A stretch of 64,000 nt of DNA from Gemmatimonadaceae bacterium. GTDB lineage: Bacteria; Gemmatimonadota; Gemmatimonadetes; Gemmatimonadales; Gemmatimonadaceae. A program made the position numbers and the translations under genes. The stretch lies in contig JBHYGA010000001.1 of the NCBI GenBank assembly GCA_051859245.1, positions 1,501,722-1,565,721 on the forward strand, written 5' to 3'. Positions 57,170 through 64,000 of the stretch are shown here, piece after piece (position 1 is the first letter of the stretch; every line of letters starts with the position of its first letter). The notes under the pieces were generated by a model that did not search any database, was not told the origin of the DNA, and was given only the letters and a program-made list of their open reading frames with translations.

Positions 57170-58521
57170 TCGTCTGCAAGTTCGGTGGCACATCGGTTGC
57201 CGACGCGGAGGCGATTGATCGCGCCGCACGCATTGTGCACGGCAAGCTTGATCGCGAACCAGTTGTCGTGGTATCGGCACTTTCTGGCGTGACCAATGAG
57301 TTACTCGAAGTCGCACGCCGTGCGGCGGCGGGTGATTTGTTGCTCGCGGTGACCAATGTGGAAGCGCTGCGCGCCAGACATCTCGCGGAAGCGCAAGCGT
57401 TGCTTGGCGACAGCGCTGAGTTCGACGACATCGTCGCGGAAATCAGCGTGGGCTTTGATGAGTTGGCGCACCTCGCAGAAGCGTTCAGCACACTTGGCTT
57501 CGTCACGCCACGTTCGCTGGACGCAGTGGCTGCAATCGGTGAAGTGCTCTCGTCGCAAATGGTCGCCGCGGCGTTCCGGCATCGCGGTGTGCCCGCCGAA
57601 TGGGTCGACGCGCGCACGGTGATGATCACGGACGATCACTTCACCCGCGCCGCACCCAACGTAAACGCGATCGCGGCGGCGTCTCGTGAGCACATTCGTC
57701 CGATTGTGGCGCTAGGCAAGGTGCCGGTGCTGGGTGGGTTTATCGGCTCAACCTCCGCGAACGTCACCACCACACTTGGTCGCGGCGGATCCGACTACTC
57801 CGCGGCACTGTTCGGCGCGGCACTCGAAGCGGAAGCGATCGAGATCTGGACTGACGTCGACGGCATGCTCACCGCGGATCCGCGCGTGGTCCCAACGGCG
57901 CGCCTGATCGATCGCATTCGGTTTGACGAAGCGGCGGAACTGGCCTCATTTGGTGCAAAGGTTTTGCACCCGAGCACGATTGCGCCGGCCGTGCAACGCG
58001 GCATTCCTGTGTTCATCTTTAACTCGCGCAAGCCAGAAGGCACGGGCACAATGATCGCGTTCGACGCACCGCGTCATCCGGTGCGCGCGATTGCGGGCAA
58101 GCGCAACACCACGCTGGTAAAACTGCGCACCACGCGCATGCTGCTCGCGCATGGCTTTTTGCGATCCGTGTTCGAGGTGTTCGAACGGCACCGCACCTCG
58201 GTGGACGTGGTCGCCACATCCGAAGTGTCTATTTCCGTTACGCTTGATGATCCCGCGCGACTAGATGACATCGTGGCCGATCTGTCGGTGTACGGTGACG
58301 TCTCAGTTGAGCGTTCACGCGGCATTGTGGCAATCGTTGGCGCTGGCCTCGCCGATGGCACGGCCACACTTGCAGGGGCGTTGGCGTCGCTCGGGCCAAT
58401 CAGCGTGCACATGGCGTCGCTGAGCGCCACTGGCATCAACTTCACGTTGGTGATTGATGATGCGCAGGTGATTCCGGCAATGCAGCGACTGCACGCGGGA
58501 TTCTTTGAGGCAAACGCATGA
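57166..58521 (+). CDS. lysC: Aspartate kinase
   Basis: KFGGTSV, TTLGRGGSDYSA, WTDVDG..TADPR, FGAKVLHP, ACT domains. Confidence 0.95.
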   Translation: MIVCKFGGTSVADAEAIDRAARIVHGKLDREPVVVVSALSGVTNELLEVARRAAAGDLLLAVTNVEALRARHLAEAQALLGDSAEFDDIVAEISVGFDELAHLAEAFSTLGFVTPRSLDAVAAIGEVLSSQMVAAAFRHRGVPAEWVDARTVMITDDHFTRAAPNVNAIAAASREHIRPIVALGKVPVLGGFIGSTSANVTTTLGRGGSDYSAALFGAALEAEAIEIWTDVDGMLTADPRVVPTARLIDRIRFDEAAELASFGAKVLHPSTIAPAVQRGIPVFIFNSRKPEGTGTMIAFDAPRHPVRAIAGKRNTTLVKLRTTRMLLAHGFLRSVFEVFERHRTSVDVVATSEVSISVTLDDPARLDDIVADLSVYGDVSVERSRGIVAIVGAGLADGTATLAGALASLGPISVHMASLSATGINFTLVIDDAQVIPAMQRLHAGFFEANA

Positions 58522-59240
58522 GCATCGTGCGCGTTGCACTCATCGGCTACGGTCGCATGGGCCGCGCGCTCGAGTTACTTGCGCCGTCGCATGAGTGCGA
58601 GGTGGTGGCGAGACTCGACGCCGCCGACATTGGGCCAGACGGCGTGACGCGATCGCAGCTCGGCAACGCCGACGTCGCCATCGAGTTCACGGTGCCTGAT
58701 GCGGCACTTGTCAACGCGGTGCATTGCATGAACGCGGGGGTCCCCGTGGTAATTGGTACCACGGGTTGGTACGAACGGGTGCCTGAGCTCTCCGCGCTGT
58801 CGGCGGCGCATAACGGCCGCGTGTTGTGGTCGCCCAACTTTGCGCCTGGTGTGCAGATCATGCTGGCACTCGCCGAAACGGCGGGTCGTTTGTTCCGCCA
58901 TGCGCAGGGCTTTGACGCACATCTCGTGGAAACCCATCACACGGCCAAACTCGACGCGCCATCCGGAACGGCGATCGCACTCCGTGAACGTGCGGAGCTT
59001 GGGCTGGAACGGTCCCTTCCGGTGAGCAGTGTGCGCGTTGGTTCGGTGCCAGGCACGCATGAGTTCATCTTTGACGCGCCGTTCGAACAGGTGCGACTCA
59101 CTCATGAAGCGCGCGATCGGCGCGTCTTCGCCGATGGTGCGCTTGCCGCTGCTCGCTGGCTCGCGGCAAAACGTGAACCGGGTATCTACACGATGCGTGA
59201 TGTGCTGGGTCTGGCCTCAACTACTGGTACCGCGACATGA
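58518..59240 (+). CDS. dapB: 4-hydroxy-tetrahydrodipicolinate reductase
   Basis: GYGRMG, IGTTG, ETHHTAKLDAPSGTA, R.VFADGAL.AA.W. Confidence 0.96.
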   Translation: MSIVRVALIGYGRMGRALELLAPSHECEVVARLDAADIGPDGVTRSQLGNADVAIEFTVPDAALVNAVHCMNAGVPVVIGTTGWYERVPELSALSAAHNGRVLWSPNFAPGVQIMLALAETAGRLFRHAQGFDAHLVETHHTAKLDAPSGTAIALRERAELGLERSLPVSSVRVGSVPGTHEFIFDAPFEQVRLTHEARDRRVFADGALAAARWLAAKREPGIYTMRDVLGLASTTGTAT

Positions 59241-60160
59241 CCACCACCCAGCCGCTGCGTGGCTGCGGCACCGCACTTGTCACGCCATTCAGGGCGAGCG
59301 GTGCGATTGATGAGCGCGCACTGACATCGCTGCTGGATGCTCAGCTCGCGGCCGGTATTCACTTTCTCGTCCCGTGCGGATCAACCGGCGAGGCCGCCAC
59401 GCTCACGCACGATGAGCATGTGCGCGTGGTCGAGATCGTGGCCAGGGTCGTGGACGGACGCGTGCCTGTCGTCGCGGGCGCCGGTTCGAATGACACGGTC
59501 AAAGCCATCGCCATGTCGAAGGCCGTGGCCGATGTTGGCGCGACACACCTGTTGCACGTCTCGCCGATGTACAACAAGCCGCCGCAGCGCGGATTGATAG
59601 CGCACTTTCACGCGATTGCCGATGCCAGTACGCTCCCGATCATGCTGTACAACGTGCCGGGTCGCACGGGTGGCAATATCGAGGCGGCCACCACGCTTGA
59701 GTTGGCCTCACATCCGCGCATTATCGCAATCAAGGAAGCGTCCGGCAATCTCACGCAGATCGATGAGATCCTGCGATTGCGCACGGATGACTTTGGTGTG
59801 CTCTCCGGCGATGACGCCATGACGTTGCCCATGATGGCGCTTGGCGCGGAAGGCGTCGTCTCGGTGGTGTCAAACGTGTTTCCGGCGGCCATGGTCGCAC
59901 TGGTCAACGCCTCTGGTGCGGGAGACTTTGTGCGAGCACGCGCGATTCATCGGGCGCTGCTGCCGTTTTTCAACGCCGCTTTTGTCGAATCCAATCCGAT
60001 GCCGGTCAAACATGTGCTGGCCGCTGATGGTGTCATGCAGAATGTATTGCGCTCGCCACTTGTACCGCTGAGCGACGCGAAGCACGACACTGTGGCGTCC
60101 GCCGTGCAACACGTTCGTCACGCGCTCGCATCGCTCGACCTCTCTGTTCCGTCTACCTGA
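59237..60160 (+). CDS. dapA: 4-hydroxy-tetrahydrodipicolinate synthase
   Basis: [37 protein letters not shown]. Confidence 0.96.
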   Translation: MTTTQPLRGCGTALVTPFRASGAIDERALTSLLDAQLAAGIHFLVPCGSTGEAATLTHDEHVRVVEIVARVVDGRVPVVAGAGSNDTVKAIAMSKAVADVGATHLLHVSPMYNKPPQRGLIAHFHAIADASTLPIMLYNVPGRTGGNIEAATTLELASHPRIIAIKEASGNLTQIDEILRLRTDDFGVLSGDDAMTLPMMALGAEGVVSVVSNVFPAAMVALVNASGAGDFVRARAIHRALLPFFNAAFVESNPMPVKHVLAADGVMQNVLRSPLVPLSDAKHDTVASAVQHVRHALASLDLSVPST

Positions 60161-60168
60161 GCACCCGT

Positions 60169-61026
60169 ATGGCCCTCTCTCTTGCCGAACTTGAAGCGCG
60201 TCTGTCGCATCCGGACCTGCTTGACTCTAACGTCACGTTGCCAATGGACGCGGCCGCCACGTTCGAGACGTTTCTCGTGCGATTGGAAGCCGGCGAACTG
60301 CGCGCGGCGCGCAAAGATGCGGACGGCCGCTGGCATGCCGTGCCATGGGTAAAGCGTGGCATCCTGCTCGGTTTCCGCATCGGTCGCGTTGTTGAAATGG
60401 GTGCGGCGACTGGCGGCATCAATCACTTTCTTGATAAGCACACGTTTCCGCCGCGTGAATACCGCCTCGAGCATTCGGTGCGCATTGTGCCCGGCGGATC
60501 GGCCGTGCGGCGCGGCGCGTATCTCGCGCCAGGTGTGGTGTGCATGCCGCCCATGTACGTGAACGTTGGCGCGTACGTTGGTGCCGGTACGATGGTGGAT
60601 TCGCACGCGCTCGTGGGTTCGTGCGCGCAGATTGGCGAGCGCGTGCACTTGAGTGCGGCCGCACAAATTGGTGGCGTGCTTGAGCCGGTGAATGCGGCGC
60701 CGGTGATCATTGAAGACGACGTGATTGTTGGCGGCAACTGCGGCGTGTACGAAGGCACGGTGGTGCGCGAGCGCGCTGTGCTCGGCGCCGGCGTGATTCT
60801 CACGCGTGGCACACCGGTGTATGATCTGGTGCAGGAGCGCATGCTGCGCGGCACCGATGATTCGCCTCTCGAGATTCCCGCCGGTGCCGTGGTCGTCCCC
60901 GGTGCGCGACAGGTCACGTCGGAGTGGGGGCGCGCGCAGGGTCTCTCCATTCAGACACCTGTGATTGTGAAGTACCGCGACAGCCGCACCGATTCGGCCA
61001 CCGCGCTCGAAGCCTGGCTGCGGTAG
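60169..61026 (+). CDS. dapD: Tetrahydrodipicolinate N-succinyltransferase
   Basis: [37 protein letters not shown]. Confidence 0.95.
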   Translation: MALSLAELEARLSHPDLLDSNVTLPMDAAATFETFLVRLEAGELRAARKDADGRWHAVPWVKRGILLGFRIGRVVEMGAATGGINHFLDKHTFPPREYRLEHSVRIVPGGSAVRRGAYLAPGVVCMPPMYVNVGAYVGAGTMVDSHALVGSCAQIGERVHLSAAAQIGGVLEPVNAAPVIIEDDVIVGGNCGVYEGTVVRERAVLGAGVILTRGTPVYDLVQERMLRGTDDSPLEIPAGAVVVPGARQVTSEWGRAQGLSIQTPVIVKYRDSRTDSATALEAWLR

Positions 61027-61028
61027 TC

Positions 61029-63050
61029 GTGCTGCTCGAAGTATCCGGCACGGTGCGTGTTCCCGGTGACAAGTCCATCAGTCACCGGGCGCTGCTGTTC
61101 GCCGCATTTTCGCCGGGCGCATCGCGCGTGCGATACATATTGCCCAGTGCCGATGTGCACTCGTCAGCAGCCGTAATGCGCGCACTCGGCGTGCGTGTAC
61201 CGGAGCTGTCGGCAGATTTTGTGGTGCACGGCGTTGCAGCGTCTGCACTCATACAACCGGCCACTGATCTCGATTGCGGCAACAGCGGCACGACCACGCG
61301 GCTCGCGGCCGGAATTGCGGCGGGGCGCGAGGGCATCTCGGCGCGTTTTGTTGGTGACGCGAGCCTGAGCAAGCGCCCCATGCAACGCATTGCGCGCCCA
61401 CTGGTGGCGATGGGTGCGCGCGTGGAATCGGAGCGTGGTGAGGGGCTGCCCATGTGGGTGCACGGTGCATCTCTTGCACCGATTGAATGGCGAAGTGAAC
61501 ACGCGAGCGCACAGATCAAGAGCGCGATTTTACTCGCGGCCGTGACGAGCGGCGTTGGTGCAACCGTATACGAACCGTCGCGTTCGCGTGATCACACGGA
61601 GAACATGCTTTCGGCGCGTGGTGTCTCGGTGAGCGTGACAGATGGTGGTGTGAGCATCACCGGAAATGCATCACTGCACGCGGCCGATGTTGATGTGCCT
61701 GCCGATCCGTCGTCGGCCGCGTTTTTTGTGGCGCTCGCCGGGCTTGCGTCACGCGGCGAACTCGCGCTGCCGGATGTGTGTTTGAATCCAACGCGTACGG
61801 GTGGGTTTGATATTCTCTCGCGCATGGGCGTGCGCGTTACCGTGCAAGACGAACGCACGGTGGGTGGCGAACTGCTGGGAACCATCGTGGCGGCGCCCGG
61901 ATCGCTTCGTGGCACACGCGTGCAGGGTGACGAAGTGCCACGCGCGATTGACGAAATGCCGCTCATCGCCTGTGTGGCGGCGCGCGCCGAGGGCGAGACG
62001 CGCATCACTGACGCCAGCGAGTTGCGAGTCAAGGAAAGTGATCGTATCACTGCGGTGGTTTCGAATCTTCGCAACATTGGTGTAGACGCGGAAGAGTTGC
62101 CTGACGGCATGATCATTCGCGGTGGTACGCATCCGCTGCGCGGCGCGGTTGTTACGCATGGTGATCATCGCCTGGCGATGGCATTTGGTATTCTCGCCGC
62201 GCTGCCGGGCAATCAGATCAGCATTGACGATCCCGATTGTGTGGCGGTGTCGTTCCCGAACTTCTGGGAGCTTCTGAAACAGTCGACGAACACCGTGTCA
62301 CGCGCGTCTGGCGAGAGCAGCGAGCAGGCAAAAGAACCAGGCCAGGTACACCCAGCGAATCGTGCGCCCCTCGTGATCGCCATCGACGGGCCTGCCGCAA
62401 GCGGCAAGTCGTCCACGGCGCAGTGGGTTGCCAAGCGACTCGGTGTGCGACATGTAGATTCCGGTGCGTTCTATCGAGCGCTCACTGCGGCGGCTGTGCG
62501 AAGCGATGTAGATGCAGAGCACTGGACCGAGGCATCTGTCTTGTCCCACGCACCGCGCATCTCGCGCGCCCTCACCGAGCGCTCCGTGGTGCCAACGCTC
62601 GACGGCGAAACCGCCGACACCGAACTGCGCGGGCACGCGGTCACACAGGAAGTCTCGCGCGTAGCGCGTATGCCTGCGGTGCGTGTGTGGGTCAATGATC
62701 AAGTGCGCGCCGCAGGTGCAAGTACTGATGTCGTTGTGGACGGCCGCGATATCGGCACCGCTGTGTTTCCGAACGCATCACTCAAAGTGTTCTTGATCGC
62801 CGATCCGTGGGAACGCGCGCGTCGACGTCTTGTGCAGCGCCTCGAACGTCGCCCAACAGACGCCGAGATTGCGGAAGAAACGGAGGCGCTCGTGGCGCGC
62901 GATGCGAAGGATGCCACGCAGAGCCGCCCCGATCCGTCGGCGATCACCATTGATACCACCACGCTCACTCAGGAAGAGCAGGTGGATCGCATTGTCGCTT
63001 TGGCAGAAGCAGTGAAACGCGCAGCAACTGAGCGGCCGATTGACGAGTGA
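61029..63050 (+). CDS. aroA-cmk: Fused EPSP synthase / cytidylate kinase
   Basis: PGDKSISHR, CGNSGTT, SAQIKSA, ELRVKESDR, DHRLAM; then, in the same frame, IAIDGPAASGKSS, DSGAFYR and DGRDIGT. Confidence 0.92.
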   Translation: MLLEVSGTVRVPGDKSISHRALLFAAFSPGASRVRYILPSADVHSSAAVMRALGVRVPELSADFVVHGVAASALIQPATDLDCGNSGTTTRLAAGIAAGREGISARFVGDASLSKRPMQRIARPLVAMGARVESERGEGLPMWVHGASLAPIEWRSEHASAQIKSAILLAAVTSGVGATVYEPSRSRDHTENMLSARGVSVSVTDGGVSITGNASLHAADVDVPADPSSAAFFVALAGLASRGELALPDVCLNPTRTGGFDILSRMGVRVTVQDERTVGGELLGTIVAAPGSLRGTRVQGDEVPRAIDEMPLIACVAARAEGETRITDASELRVKESDRITAVVSNLRNIGVDAEELPDGMIIRGGTHPLRGAVVTHGDHRLAMAFGILAALPGNQISIDDPDCVAVSFPNFWELLKQSTNTVSRASGESSEQAKEPGQVHPANRAPLVIAIDGPAASGKSSTAQWVAKRLGVRHVDSGAFYRALTAAAVRSDVDAEHWTEASVLSHAPRISRALTERSVVPTLDGETADTELRGHAVTQEVSRVARMPAVRVWVNDQVRAAGASTDVVVDGRDIGTAVFPNASLKVFLIADPWERARRRLVQRLERRPTDAEIAEETEALVARDAKDATQSRPDPSAITIDTTTLTQEEQVDRIVALAEAVKRAATERPIDE

Positions 63051-63060
63051 TCGCAGTGCG

Positions 63061-63999
63061 TCAGAGTGTTAACGCACGCGTGAGCTCGTCATGTTCAAAT
63101 GCGCTTGCCATACGATTGATTTCGGACGGACGCGCACCGGTTGCCTTCGCGGTGTCACGCCAGGCAGACGTGGCGCCTGCCACAGATTTGATAATCTCGC
63201 GCGCTTGTTGCAGGGTAAGGCCAAAGTATGTGGATGCTGACTCGAGCAGATCAAGCGAACAGGTGCTTTCGTCAAGATCAATGTTCGTTGAGAGCACGCG
63301 CGCCTTGAGATCAGCAGGCACGGGGTTGAGATCGTAGGCGGGCGACAGCGACCATCCCGCTGTTCCGAACCTGAGGAACCCATGATTGCGAAGATGGTCG
63401 TCCACATTGGAGATCAGCACGTTGAAGACAACTCGCCGATACAACGCGTGCGCGTCAGATTTCCCGTTCGCTCCGTGTTGCGCGATCGCGTCTACGATCT
63501 CCGGATAGCTGCCGCCCTCGCCATCTCTCGCGCCCAGTATTGCCATGGCAGACAGGAACGGAATGCGAGCTGCACCGGAGCGATCGAAACGCCGTGACAA
63601 CAGTACCGGCTTGCCCGCGACCTCAATCAGTTCATGATGTGGCGTAGTTATTCCAGCCCGAGCTGCCAGCCTCAGCGCAATCTCCTCCCATCTTTCGAGG
63701 CTGTACTCGTCGGTCTCTTTAGGGAACTTGGCGATGGACAGATAACCGTGCTGGTCAAGCACAGACACTTTCGGCCGCGCGCCGCCGAGCGATGAACCCG
63801 GCGCGAGAAGCAGTTGTACATCTTCATCGGAATCTTCGTCCCGCAACATACGCTCGGTAACCTGAAGCAGCCGCCCTAGTGCAAGAAGCCCGGGCACACC
63901 AACGTCACGCGGCGCTTGGTAGACGGTTTCGCCTGCCCGTCGAAAGCGAAGCGCTCCCAGGCGCGTTTCGTCCGCTACGCCGAGCAGGTAGTCACTCTC
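63061..63999 (-). CDS. hipA: HipA-family toxin kinase (type II TA system), 5'-partial
   Basis: SSLGGARPK, IAKFP, RRFDR, SNVDDHLRNHG, LSPAYDL; frame stays open to the window end (ESDYLLGVADETRLGALRF). Confidence 0.9.
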   Translation of the reverse strand, partial: ESDYLLGVADETRLGALRFRRAGETVYQAPRDVGVPGLLALGRLLQVTERMLRDEDSDEDVQLLLAPGSSLGGARPKVSVLDQHGYLSIAKFPKETDEYSLERWEEIALRLAARAGITTPHHELIEVAGKPVLLSRRFDRSGAARIPFLSAMAILGARDGEGGSYPEIVDAIAQHGANGKSDAHALYRRVVFNVLISNVDDHLRNHGFLRFGTAGWSLSPAYDLNPVPADLKARVLSTNIDLDESTCSLDLLESASTYFGLTLQQAREIIKSVAGATSAWRDTAKATGARPSEINRMASAFEHDELTRALTL

Positions 64000-64000
64000 G

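Noticed and set aside
1..64000. CRISPR arrays, rRNA genes, IS elements or prophage
   Set aside because: No regularly spaced repeats, rRNA signatures, transposases or phage genes seen; intergenic gaps are short.

Overview
High-GC bacterial chromosome segment that is mostly housekeeping. Gene order and protein style suggest a Gemmatimonadota (Gemmatimonas-like) genome; this is inference. It runs: hemW-hrcA-dnaJ-prmA-rsmE; three inserted minus-strand genes (nhaB, LpxR-like, NTF2-like); HIT-rpsU-yqeY-mutS2-dnaG-zinc ribbon-recJ-rsmD-coaD-pta; a STAS/RsbW/PP2C partner-switching module; rsmA; rex with a perfect Rex operator; a DEDDh exonuclease, an MBL hydrolase and two lipoproteins; a structured L20-leader-like RNA before infC(ATC start)-rpmI-rplT-pheST; zapA-6S RNA-rny-folD-xseAB-ispA-dxs-nadK-recN; an outer-membrane protein, a GH125-like protein, tRNA-Gly and tRNA-Leu; an M20-asd-lysC-dapB-dapA-dapD cluster; an aroA-cmk fusion; and a partial HipA toxin. 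The standout is a translationally coupled gene pair (45845-55026) encoding full-length trifunctional propionyl-CoA synthase (Pcs) and bifunctional malonyl-CoA reductase (Mcr). These are the two signature enzymes of the 3-hydroxypropionate bi-cycle, here in an apparently non-Chloroflexota host next to tRNA genes. The other bi-cycle genes are not in this window.
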